A stretch of 63,851 bases of DNA, counting the filler, from Octopus bimaculoides (lineage: Eukaryota): assembly GCF_001194135.2 (NCBI RefSeq). It is 7 parts of 6 records of this genome, joined end to end, with 100 filler letters (N's around TTAATTAATTAA, not from the genome) between each part and the next. Parts side by side here need not be neighbours in the genome. Positions count along the whole stretch, not along the records: positions 23,397 to 48,549 come from NC_068984.1; 6 more parts are not named here. One strand, 5' to 3'. Position 1 is the stretch's first letter. Every line of letters starts with the position of its first letter. Both the position numbers and the translations under genes were made by a program. The notes under the pieces are model-generated. The model saw only the letters and a list, made by a program, of their open reading frames with translations, was not told the origin of the DNA and ran no database searches. This document shows, in pieces, positions 36,581 through 48,166 of the stretch.

Positions 36581-37744
36581 GTAATGCAATCTATTCTAAC
36601 AAATATATTGACCCTCTTTTGGAAATTTCTTTTAAATACTGTTTTATAAGCAGTGGCTTCATGGGTTATGAAGTTTCAAGGAGGTGTTGGATAGATAACT
36701 AGGTATTTTTATTTGAAACACTGATCTATTTGCAACCCCAGAGTCCTGTGGTTGTGAAGTGAACTCCTTGACCTGAAAGCCATGATTTTGTTCATTTTAA
36801 TTGAGAGAGGGAAAATTTGTTTCTCTTACTTTAGAGAATTGAATTTTAGTGAAGAATTGCCTTTGATGTCATGATTGAAATAGTTTGCCCAAAAATAATT
36901 GAAAGATGATTTTAGAAAGTAAATGAATTTCCTGGAATTCATCAGTTATTAGATATTGAGTTGCTTTTATTGTTTTGTATATAGTCTTGATAAGAATATG
37001 TAATGTTGATTTCAAATTTTGCACAAAGCCAGCAATTTCGGAGGAGGGGTGAGTGAATTACATTGACGCTCAGTACTCAACTGGTACTTATTTTACCAAC
37101 TCTGAAAATATGAGAGGCAAAGTTGATCTTGGTGAAATTTCAACTCAATGTGGAGATGGATGAAATGCTACCAAGCATTTTGTCCAGCATGCTAACAGTT
37201 CTGCCAGCTCGCCTCTTTGTTGGTTATGTAATGTTGAAAGAAGTGAAGTACTTGAAATATACAAAGATACGACTTCCTTGCAGGTTAAATCTGCAATACT
37301 GTCTTAACATTACTCATCCAATTGTTGAGTATTTTAGCTCCCTCTGACCTTAGGTTCTTGTATTGTGAATTGAACAAAAGACTAGTGACTCTTGGTTAAA
37401 TACTTTATTCTTGAACATACTATGACTTATTTTCTATTGCATAAGCATAAAGCAAGTCCTATTTAACATATGAACAAGGCAGAATTTAACATGTTGGGAG
37501 TTGTGAATAACTTCTTGTAACTTCAGTTTTCTTCTGGCCCTTGAGGAAGGTACAGCCTAAATACTAATATTGTCAAGAGGTAGGTATGATGGATATGTGC
37601 TGGCTCTTAAAACTTGTAGCATAGTGATATCTCCTTAAAACAACACATTGCTTTGAAGACGTTGATAGTTGGCAATATGTAATGTGTATTTGAAGTACTG
37701 AGCTTTTACTAGAAAGTAATAACGCTACATAGCAGAAGTAAAGT

Positions 37745-39215
37745 TTACAATAGACGGATATTTGTCCTCATCTTGTTTGTTGTTAACACGTTTCGGCTTA
37801 TATACCCTCCAACCTTCATCAGTTATCTTGGGGGAATTTCGAATCTGCGTTCTCATTCCTAAGGTATTTTTCGATGTTATTATTCAGGTTACTGCCTGGA
37901 ATCAAACTTCGGAATCTTGGGGTTGGTAGCCCGCACTCTAAACCGCTACGCCATATGCCCGTGGGAAATTATGGAGTGAATTTTAGTGCTTATAAGTCTG
38001 ATATTTTCCTATCCTTCCTTAATACCGGTTCCCATATGCAACTCATATCTGCTTAGGAGGTTGTTGTGTCTTAGCATATGTGCTGCTGTATTTTAGTTTT
38101 CATATTTTCCAGTGGTGTTCTCTTTTTAACTTCATCCCACAGGAGGAGGTGATCTCCATTTTTCCATACATGATCAGCTGTACCCGATTTATCAATATCT
38201 CCTCATGTCAGCTTTGCCATGTTCATCTACCCTTATTGAGGGGGCAGCATGTTTCGACTTTGTATAACCTACCACAGCTGCATAGCATGGAGTACATCCT
38301 TTTTTGATCATATTCTCTTCTATCGGTGGTTTTACTCTGAGATATTTGCAATGTGTTGTATTACTCTTGAATACTGTCCTGATGTCATTGGGACCACGCA
38401 TCTTTTCGGAGAGGCCTTTCACATAGGGTGGCCAGACTGTAGACAGTTTATTGGTTTCATCCCCTCTTCATAATTGGAGTGGATAGTATGCTTTTGGGGT
38501 AGTTGCTGCTTGATAGATTATTGAGCTCGACCGTTTCTTTGTGGTATCACGATCGCTATTTATATTCTTTGCATGATGTTTTAGGCACTGAGTGATCCCT
38601 CTCTTTACACTGTATGGATGGTGGGAATTGAAGTTGAGGTATTGTCCAAGGAAAGTCGGGCTTGCGGTATACAGATGTCCTGAATCCATGCTTGGTGCAT
38701 GTTATCAATACGTCTAGGAATGCTAGCTGATTGTCTTTTTCCTTTTCCATTGTGAACTGTGTGGATGGCTTCATTGAGTTCACATAATCTAACAGCACTT
38801 GGACATCTTCCTGGTTGGGCCAGAGTATAAAGGTGTCATCAACATATATTACAGTCTTAGGATTGGTTTTAGTGGTGTTGATCCTGAAGCTGCATTATCA
38901 AAGTATTCCATCATCATCATCATTTAACGTCCGCTTTCCATGCTAGCATATATATATATATATATTGGCTATTATCGGTGATAATGGCGAACCCATAGCT
39001 AAACCCTCTGCTGTCGATATATATCAGTGTCCATACTGAAGTAGGTAGTTTCTACACAGAAGGTCAACATTTCCATCAAGTTTCTTATTGGTATACAAGT
39101 GCGTTCTTTTAGATGGGTGTCTGTCACTAGTTTTTCTTGAATCACCGATAGTGCTTCACCAGATGGTGAGTCTAGATTCAATGGGGGTATCCTTGATGAA
39201 TTCTGTCTGAATAAT
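37745..39215 (-). mobile_element. Penelope-like element (RT + GIY-YIG + 3' pLTR), frameshifted, antisense in RPS12 intron 5
   Basis: Minus-strand peptides LTFCVETTYF, GLAMGSPLSPIIAN, YVDDTFILW, FTMEKEKDNQLAFLDVLI, YLNFNSHHP and MYSMLCSCGRLYKVETC. The 3' region has a tRNA-like segment and a hammerhead. An RTE tail plus (TA)n is inserted at ~38910-38966. Confidence 0.88.
37784..37828 (-). ncRNA. Decayed hammerhead motif of the same family as 12043-12088
   Basis: The minus strand reads GATAA-CTGATGA-AGGTTGGAGGGTATATAAGCC-GAAA-CGTGTTAAC. A 3-nt deletion removes the U-H cleavage site. Confidence 0.55.
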
Positions 39216-39801
39216 ATCTTTTAATATAATCTTAAATAATATCTATTTCTGCCTCCATCGCCACTTGTCTTTTATTTTCCCCTTCTATAGTTGGTTAAGT
39301 AAATCCTTCCCAGTAATGCTACTTTAGTTGTGTTTGTACCATTAGTAACTTTAATTAAATATACCCAATCTTCTTGTAAGCATGTATATTATTATTTCTC
39401 AACAAAATATCTTGTACCTTGTGTTACCATTAATTTGCGTTAATATCCGTATTTTAATATATCACAAGGCTATGCTGTTTTATTTATTATATTTACATTC
39501 TTCGCTTCAAATCAGTATGTTCTTAAATTTTTTTCCTTAAAGAGAAATTATTATATACGATGGATTCTCTGAATTTTCTCCCTTGTTTAGCTTATAGCTT
39601 TTGTTTACTAATTTTACTGTGATCCATTTAGCTGTTCCCTATTTTAATCTAATTTAAACCTTTAGTATAGCATTTACAGCCTCCCTCCTATAATAACTCT
39701 ATGTAAATAAGCTTTCTTGTTTCTAATGGTCACTTACTTGGCCATATAATATAACTCATACGTAACCGTATCATTTCACATTTGTCTTGCTTCTATATGT
39801 T

Positions 39802-39892
39802 GGTTCCCTGACGATGAATATATGTGCAATTCCACCACCTCTTACTTCTTTGGAGTAGAGTGCACATATATTTTGAAACATATGTAGGAATT
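39802..39892 (+). ncRNA. Minimal type I hammerhead ribozyme in RPS12 intron 5
   Basis: Stem I GGTTCC 39802-39807 / GGAATT 39887-39892; core CTGACGA 39808-39814; 13-bp stem II 39816-39828 / 39861-39873; GAAA 39875-39878; palindromic CATATG; cleavage triplet GTA 39884-39886. Confidence 0.75.
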
Positions 39893-40141
39893 AAAGGAAC
39901 CTTTGTTTATATGCGTATAATGTACATAATTCCCCATCTCTTAAATATAAGACTGGAAGAAGCAAAGTTGTCTCACAATTGACTTGGATAAATGAAATTA
40001 TCTGTGTGTGTTAGAAAAAATGTAGGACAAAGTATAATTTGCAGCTTGGTGTAAATTTTGTATGCTATATCATCTTATTGCTCAGCAGGTATGACTATTT
40101 TGTTCTTTAAAGTTAAATTCTTGGTATTTCTTTTATTTCAG

Positions 40142-40204
40142 GACTATGGAAAAGAATCACAAGCACTTGATGTTTTGAATGAATATTTCAAGTCCAAGAA
40201 ATAA
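40142..40204 (+). CDS. RPS12: RPS12 last coding exon (DYGKESQALDVLNEYFKSKK*)
   Basis: TTTCAG acceptor at 40141, TAA at 40202-40204. The joined CDS is 17+126+103+102+63 = 411 nt, or 136 aa with no internal stop. Confidence 0.96.
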   Translation, partial: DYGKESQALDVLNEYFKSKK

Positions 40205-40238
40205 CTGCGTATAGCATTCTGTGAGCATATGCTATGTT

Positions 40239-40244
40239 AATAAA
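40239..40244 (+). terminator. Polyadenylation signal AATAAA of RPS12
   Basis: AATAAA 35 nt after the stop, followed by a GT/T-rich downstream sequence. A short 3' UTR is typical of ribosomal protein mRNAs. Confidence 0.7.
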
Positions 40245-42039
40245 GTGTTTGTAAAACAGACTTTCACTGTATTTGTTTCAGTTTGGCTTGGTATTTCAAA
40301 TGTCTTGATAAATACTTACGGTGGCAAAATATTCAAATCACCATAAAATACTTGTCAGATCTGAGCTACATGTTGAATGTGGCAGTACAGCAGCAGGGTC
40401 ACTAGCTTAATTGCTGGAATGATAGCAGCTGTGTGTAAGGAGCATAAAATACTAGAATAGTATAGTTCTGGTCTTGGGTGCTTTTGCTTCTATTCAGTAT
40501 AGCAGGCTGTATTCAATTGACCAGTTTTGTCTAATATTACCATCTGAAGAAAAATACCTGATTTTTTATGACTAGTTCCCGCTTTGAGTCTTCTTATTGC
40601 AAATTCCACTTGCTAGATATCTTCTGGGATATAGCCTAGTCAATCAGGTTGTCCATAAGGGAGTCCTACCCAACTGGTGTAGCAGTACCATAATCAACAG
40701 CTACAAAGGTTAAGGTGATGTCTTACACAAATAATTATAGAAGTATCAAACTGCTGGACTGGGTAACGAAAGTTAGAGAAGACTATAGTGCAAATAATTG
40801 GGAGAACCTAGATGAGATGTTGGGTTTTGTACCTTGGAGAACATGCTACCTTCCTTGTAAGGCAACTGCAGAAATATTTGGCCAAAAAATTAAACCTCTA
40901 CTCCTTTATTTGGTGGTCAATGCAGAGGCTAGAGATAGAGTGGTTAGTGTAAGGTGAAGGTTGGTAGCAAGTGTAGCAATGAATTCAGTGTTGGNNNNNN
41001 NNNNTAAGGTGAAGGTTGGTAGCAAGTGTAGCAATGAATTCAGTGTTGGGGGGGGGGGGGCTCTTGTTTGCCATAGACTTCCAGGCCATAGCAGGAATTC
41101 AAGACTGGGAACACCTGTACACTGATAGCCTTATGACTGAATATGAGAGGCATATGTGCAAGAGAGAAGACTGCTGGTTTGGTCATGTCATGCTTATGAA
41201 TGAGGACAGCTGTGTAAAGTGCCAATCTCAAATTATGGGAGGGAGTAAACTCAGGAAGACAGGATGAAGTGGTTAGAAAAGATATTTAGATGCTGGGCCT
41301 CCCTGAAGAAATGCCTAGGAGAATGAGAGTTGTGGCAATTTGCTGTGTCAAGCTTAGTCAAATCACTGTATCCATACATACAGGCTTGTCTTTCGCAAGT
41401 GCTGGTGACATGTAAAATATGCTGATGCTGCCTGAATGCACCTATGCTATTGGCATCAAACTACAGAAGCCATGCCACAATAGGCTTCTGGACAGCTGTC
41501 CTTCCCATGCAAAATAGATGTTAAATGATGATATAGAGACGCATATATGGTGGGCTTCTTTCAGTTTCCATCTACTTAGGATTTAGTTGACCCTGGGCTA
41601 TGGTTGAAAACACTTACTCAAGGTTCCTATAAATGTCTGTTTTATTGCCTTATTATTTGTTTCAGTCATTAGGCTGTAACCCTGTAATGTAGGGCTTTTA
41701 GTCAAATGAACTGATCCCCATTGTATCACTAAGTATCATATAAACAAACAGCGATGGTGGGAGCAAGGCATCCAGGCAGGTATTTACACAGCATGTTTCT
41801 TTCAGTTTCAGTCTACCAAATCCACTCAAGACGGTCAGCCAGAGCATGGTTGAGCTGCAAACTTCTATATACAGCCACGCATGTTTATATATACATATGC
41901 ACATGGGAAAAGTGTCAGAAAAGACAAGTATGGAAAAACAGACTAAAACAAAAAAAAAAGATGAATATAAAAATGTTATAGGAATGATATTTTGAAAATG
42001 AGTACGATTTAATTTTATAAATTTTTAAATCTGTACTGT

Positions 42040-42690
42040 CAGTGTGCAGACACAAGAGTGTAAGCGCCCTCAGAGAAATGTTGGACATAAGAAGCATCAG
42101 ATGTGTTGTGCAAGAGGGACAACAGCACTGGTATTGTCATGTGCTGTGTGAAGAAGTGCCACTCTCTAACAGTGGAAGGAATTACGTAGAAGAGGGAGAC
42201 CCAGAAAGACATGGAATGAGTTGGGGAAGCACGACCTTCAAACATTGAGCCTCACAGAGGCAGTGCCAAGAGACCGAGACCTCTGGAGATATGTTGTAAT
42301 TGAGAAGACCCAGCAAATAAAGTGAGATAACTGGTGTTGCATAACCAGCCCATTTAAAAAGTACCTCTGAATTGTCGGGTGACACACCATGCTAGAGACC
42401 TATTGAGTCAAGTAAAATCAAATCATAATGGAAATTGTAGTTGTGGTCGATGCCAGTGCCACCTGACTGGCTCCCCATGCTGGTGGAACATAAAAAGACC
42501 CATCCAAACATGGTTGATACCAGCCCCACCTCCCAACTGGCGCCTGTGCTGGTTGCACGTAAAAAGCACCCACTACATCTGAGTGGTTGGTGTTAGAAAG
42601 AGCATCCAGCTGTAGAAACCTTGCCAGTCCCCAGTCAATTCGTCCAACTCATGCCAGCATGGAAAACAGACGTTGAATGATGGTATGTGT
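42040..42690 (+). mobile_element. RTE-clade LINE 3' fragment (older copy)
   Basis: Same ORF end (SVSALREMLDIRSIRC..W) and UTR as 46345-47480, more diverged. A further fragment lies at ~41100-41535. Confidence 0.7.
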
Positions 42691-42727
42691 GAAATTGTTG
42701 AAATAAACAATTTATGATAAAGATTTG

Positions 42728-43065
42728 CACGGGTGGCTGTGTGGTAAGTAGCTTGCTTACCAACCACATGGTTCTGCGTTCAGTCCCACTGCGTGGCACT
42801 TTGGGAAAGTGTCTTCTACTATAGCCTTGGGCCCACCAAAGCCTTGTGAGTGGATTTGGTAGACGGAAACTGAAAGAAGCCCGTCGTATATATATATATA
42901 GGTTTGTGTTTGTCCCCCCCAACATCGCTTGACAACCGATGCTGGTGTGTTTACGTCCCTGTAACTTAGTGGTTCGGCAAAAGTGACCGATTGAATAAGT
43001 TCTAGGGTCGATTTGCTCGACTAAAGGCGGTGCTCCAGCATGGCCGCAGTCAAATGAGTAAAGAG
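42728..43065 (+). mobile_element. SINE family A copy
   Basis: Colinear with 13316-13720; the internal (TA)n tract is short. Confidence 0.88.
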
Positions 43066-43673
43066 AGAAAGTAAATTAAGAGCAAAACCTTTTACTGCAT
43101 TTTGTATCTCTGAGTGTCACTCACTCACACTGTTGTTTTATTCTCCTACCAGCATAACTGATGAGACGCATTCTATTTTATTATATATAAGATTTTGAGG
43201 TGAAGTACAAGTGGTGCTAACATATATATATGGAACATAAGTTGTTAGTAAAATATGGTGTTGCCCAGAGAAAAGACAGGTGTTCCAAAACTTTAGCCTA
43301 CAATCTATTCATATATAATAATTTCCATGGAATGTGGAATTCTGGAAATTATCTTGGCTTAATTTCTATGTTCTCCCAAATAAACTTCACTGAATTCAGT
43401 ATTCTGCAATTTCATGACACCCAACTCCTAGGATGAAGTAAATATGACTGGAATATCTTTGACCATGGGACTTCATGTAACTTTAGCACAAGATATGACA
43501 ACCACAGGTTTGATTTACTAGACTTCACAAGGAAAGTACAATCTTCTAAAGCCAACTTGATCAGTGAAAATAGGTTTTTACATGGCCAATTAAAAGCCTG
43601 TTAAGAAATCAAAATGACAAGGAATATTTACAAGTTTTTATCTTTAAAAAAAGCATACAGTTTTGAATATCAT

Positions 43674-43788
43674 TCAATCCATGATACTTTGACTCCATTG
43701 ATTGCCATATTCTGTACCAAATAAACCTCGGCACTGCATTGAGTATTCTTTCACAAGTTCGCGCACTCGTCTTCTGTTAACTCTCTCC
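43674..43788 (-). CDS. IPO13: Importin-13-like, last exon (RERVNRRRVRELVKEYSMQCRGLFGTEYGNQWSQSIMD*)
   Basis: TTTTAAG acceptor, phase 2, TGA at 43674-43676. Matches the IPO13 C-terminus RERVNKRRVKEMVKEFTLLCRGLHGTDY rather than TNPO3. Confidence 0.88.
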
Positions 43789-44632
43789 CTTAAAAGACAA
43801 GCAAAATAGGAATTCAAATTGATGTTACTATTAAAAGTAAGGTGTTTTTTTCATTATTACTCTATATTGCATGTTATTTTCTTCATTTGTTCTTTTGAAA
43901 CTACTGAATATAAACTTTCAAATTATAATTCATGGAAAATTCATACGACAAAATTTGATAAAAATCGATTAGCATGTTTCCTCATTGAATACTGATCATA
44001 AAATGAGTGAATCCAGGCAAAATCAGGGAAATGGTAGATGTCAGAGATGCCATTGCAACGATTCTCATACAAATATCAATTTTGTTTTTGGCTGGTATGC
44101 ACCAAGTGAAATTTGAGGCACACTAACTTACATCTGTTTCTAAGTAACATTACACAACCCCCAAATTCTTTGAACACTAACAACACAATAGCTGGATAAT
44201 GATTTCACTGATTAGAAAGGAATGACACTGACATTTGTCTAACTAGCACATGATGTCAAAACAAGGAGACATTAACATATATATATATGTATATACACAT
44301 GCATACACAACTGGTTTCAGTTTCTGCCAACCAAATCAACTCACAATGCTTTGATCAGCCTAGGACCATATAACAGAAGATACTTATCCAAAGTGTCATG
44401 TCATGAGATGGGTTGAAAATCATGTGGTTTGTGGTTTTAACATGAACTTCTTACCACACAATCTTGCCTGCACCTTCAGGTGCAAAAGAATATATTCTTG
44501 AAGAACAAATTCATAGTTATAATAACTGAAATATTGTATTCATACAAATATGTTTTTTATCCTTTTTTTTTTTTTTTTTGAAACAATGGTTAATAACAAG
44601 AAGTCAACCCGAAAAGAAAAAAATATTATTAC

Positions 44633-44814
44633 CTTATAACACAAGTATAAAAATGTTTTCTTTGATCTTTAGATTGTTTGGTTAGAGGTCTATCATCTCT
44701 GGAAATGACGTTGTTCATGAATTTTGTCAATTCTTCGATATGTAGTTTATTTAGGGCAAGTAGTACATCAGCATATTGATCAAGAACTGACCTGGGACAT
44801 TCTCCTTCAATACC
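44633..44814 (-). CDS. IPO13: Importin-13-like, penultimate exon (GIEGECPRSVLDQYADVLLALNKLHIEELTKFMNNVISRDDRPLTKQSKDQRKHFYTCVI+AG)
   Basis: TTTCAG acceptor, AG|GTAATA donor, 182 nt open. Resembles IPO13 AIGGQASRSLMDCFADILFALNK...EQKDTFSQQILR. Confidence 0.85.
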
Positions 44815-45094
44815 CTGAAATACATCATATCAATTTTTCAGTGCGTTTTAATGATGTAGTTAGATAATCTGATAAAGTATGATGACTCACATTTGTAAAA
44901 CAAAAGCAATAAGATCTTGTTATGTTCATACATTTGCAGTAGCAAAAGTTCGACATTCTCTGCTAAGCTGGAAAACTGAAACTTGTAAAATTAGCATTTA
45001 AAGTAAACAAAACTTTATTTGCATTGAAACTTCTGACTAATTTTTCAGTCCTAATTATAAAAGACTACATTTATCTCGGCATTATGTTTATAGA

Positions 45095-45454
45095 GTGGAG
45101 GCGCAATGGCCCAGTGGTTAGGGCAGCAGACTCGCGGTTTCGATTCCCAGACCGGGCGTTGTGATTGTTTATTGAGCGAAAACACCTAAAGCTCCACGAG
45201 GCTCCGGCAGGGGATGGTGGAGAACCCTGCTGTGCTCTTTCACCACAACTTTCTCTCACTCTTACTTCCTGTTTCTGTTGTGCCTGTAATTCAAAGGGTC
45301 AGCTTTGTCATGCTGAATATCTCTGAGAACTACGTTAAGGGTACACGTGTCTGCGGAGTGCTCAGCCACTTGCACATTAATTTCACGAGCAGGCTGTTCC
45401 GTTGATCGGATCAACTGGAACCCTCGACGTCGTAAGCGACGGAGTGCCAGCAAC
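45095..45454 (+). mobile_element. tRNA-derived SINE (family B) with 11-bp target-site duplication
   Basis: Head GGAGGCGCAATGGCCCAGTGGTTAGGG with a B box and a CAAC tail. ATGTTTATAGA flanks it at 45084-45094 and 45455-45465. Other copies lie at 9448-9835 and 1898-2003. Confidence 0.9.
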
Positions 45455-46060
45455 ATGTTTATAGAATGAATCAGATATAACTAAACTTTATTAAGAATGG
45501 AACTATCAGGTTAAATCTGACTTCTGGTGTTTCCAAAGAACACTCATATTCACAAGGCTTCACTGATACATTATGACAATGGTTTGTTTAGAACTCTTTC
45601 TGCACATTAGTAATTAAATTTGGTATCAATTTACAGTTAGGTGAACTGAGCCATTTTGAAAGTTCTACAGTTCCATAACCATATGCTACTGACCTTTTGG
45701 CTGAATGTCTGCTCTCCTAAACATTAGACCTCCTTATGGGATTCTACACTGATTCTGACAGACAGGCTTCACTCACAAGATTTTGATTGAGCAAAGGCTA
45801 TGATACAAGGAAGTAGCTTATGGGATTGAAAATGGAACTATGCGGTTGTAAAGTATACAGTTTAACCACCATAGTTAACTACCTGGGGATTTTAGAATTA
45901 TTACTTCACTGAATATGATGGCCAAAAATTTATGAAACTGAAAAGTTATTTTAGCATACAATTGTCATAAAACTGATGTTAAAAACTTTTCATATATGAG
46001 TTGGAATACATGGTTGTCTTACTATACTCTAAATGGAGATGTATATTTTTTGTCACTCAC

Positions 46061-46150
46061 CTTTAGCAGCTGTCCAATTAAGTTACTGCTATACTTCTGT
46101 ATAACACATTTTACCCAGGGTACTTCACATGCAAAACTAAAGAATTCTTG
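46061..46150 (-). CDS. IPO13: Importin-13-like, antepenultimate exon (QEFFSFACEVPWVKCVIQKYSSNLIGQLLK)
   Basis: TTTACAG acceptor, AAG|GTGAGT donor, 90 nt, phase 0-0. It joins in frame to the next exon and has the same length as the recalled human segment TELLPRCGEVESVGKVVQEDGRMLLIAVLE. Confidence 0.75.
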
Positions 46151-46344
46151 CTGTAAATGATTAAAAAAAAAAAGCTTTTAGGTAAAGTTCATCATCATCA
46201 TTTAATGTCCGTTTTCCATGTTGGCATGGGTTGGACGGTTTGACAGGTGCTATACAAGGATTTATAGGCTGTTTTGGCTTTGCTTCTATAGCTGGATGCC
46301 CTTTCTACTGCTGACTACTTTACAAAGTGCTTTTTACATGGCAC

Positions 46345-47480
46345 CAGCATCCTTCATGCGTAAGCTTGCAAGAAACAAAGCCAGTATGCTCCGATGGATG
46401 TGTAATGTCAGTGTGCATACTTGACAGAGTGTAAGTACCTTGAGAGAAAAGTTAGACCTAAGAAGCAGCAGTTGTGGTGTGCAAGAGAGATGGTTGTGCT
46501 GGTATGGTCCTGTTGCAAGAATGGATGAGGATAGTTGTGTGAAAAAGTGCCACACCCTAGTGGTTGAGGGAACCTGTGGAAGAAGTAGACCCAGGAAGAC
46601 CTGGGATGAGGTGGTGATGCACGACCTTCGAACTTTAGGCCTCACCGAGGCAATGACTAGTGACAGGGACCTTTGGAAATATGCAGTATGTGAGAAGACC
46701 AGGCAAGCCAACTGAGAGCATAAGCTGTGACCTCTGCCAGAAGTGTGGCCAGCTCACTTATTCATATCTTTACTTCATTGGACACTAAACTCTGCTTGCG
46801 AAGACCTGTTGGGGCAAGTGAATTGGAATCGAAAACGAACCAAATTCGACGACTGGCACCCATGCCAACCTCTCCTTCATTGGACACTAAAGTCTGCTTG
46901 CGAAGACCTGTTGGGGCAAGTGTAATCGAAATCACAATTGAATCATATTCAATGACCAGCACCTGTGCCAGTGGAGCACCATCCGAGCGTGATCATTGCC
47001 AGAGCAGCTGTCTGGCTTCCGTGCTAGTGGCATGTAAATAGCACTATTTGAGCGTGATCGTTACTGGCACGTTAGAAAATCATTCGAGCGAGGTCGCTGC
47101 CAGTGCCGCTGGACTGGCTCCTGTGCAGGTGGCATGTAAAAAACACCATTTTGAGCATGGCCATTGCCAGTACCGTGTGACTGGCCTTCATGCTGGTGGC
47201 ACGTAAAAGCACCCACTACACCCTCAGAGTGGTTGGCATTAGGAAGGGCATCCAGCTGTAGAAACTCTGCCNNNNNNNNNNGTGACTGGCCTTCATGCTG
47301 GTGGCACGTAAAAGCACCCACTACACCCTCAGAGTGGTTGGCATTAGGAAGGGCATCCAGCTGTAGAAACTCTGCCAGATCAGATTGGAGCCTGGTGCAG
47401 CCATCCGGTTCACCAGTCCTCAGTCAAAACGTCCAACCCATGCTAGCATGGAAAGTGGACGTTAAACGATGATGATGATA
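46345..47480 (+). mobile_element. RTE-clade LINE 3' fragment with 3' UTR and (GAT)n tail
   Basis: ORF end SMLRWMCNVS...WYGPVARMDEDSCVKKC..VEGTCGRSRPRKTWDEVV, followed by a UTR (47-nt block repeated at 46775 and 46876) ending GTTAAACGATGATGATG. Confidence 0.85.
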
Positions 47481-48166
47481 TATATATGCATGTGGAAGGT
47501 GGACTTTAAACGATGATGATGTGTGTGTATACGTTTGTGTCTCTGTGTTTGTCCCACCACCATCGCTTGACAACTGATATTGGTGTGTTTACATCCCCGT
47601 AATTTAGCGGTTCAGCGAAAGAGACCAATAGAATAAGTACTAGGCTTACAAAGAATAAGTCCTGGGGTCGATTTGTTTGACTAATGGCAGTGCTCCAGCA
47701 TGGCCGCAGTCAAATGACTAAAACAAATAAACAAAAAAAATGAAATGATGATAGTGATAAGAGTACTAATCTCCATACATCAGAATGATGGCATGATTCA
47801 TATTTTTATGCAGGCATAGTATTGGCCATGTGGCTAAAAAGATTGCTTCTCAATCACATGGTTTCAGGCCCAACTCCACTATGTGGCACCTTGGACGAGT
47901 GTCTTCTACCAATAGCTCCAGGCTGAACAAAGCCTTATGAGCGGCTTCAGTAAGAAACTGAAAGAAGTCTATTGTCTACATGTGTGTGTATATATATATA
48001 TGTGTATATAGCACCCACTACACTCTCTGAGTGGTTGGTGTTAGGAAGGGCATCCAGCTGTAGAAACTCTGCCAAATCAGTCCTCAGTCAAATCGTCCAA
48101 CCCATGCTAGCATGGAAAGCGGACGTTAAACGATGATGATGATGATGACATACATTTATCTATATA

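Noticed and set aside
40950-41050. Direct repeats flanking ~10-N gaps (also 47176-47376 and 52207-52370)
   Set aside because: Identical sequence on both sides of a minimal gap indicates unmerged contig overlaps.
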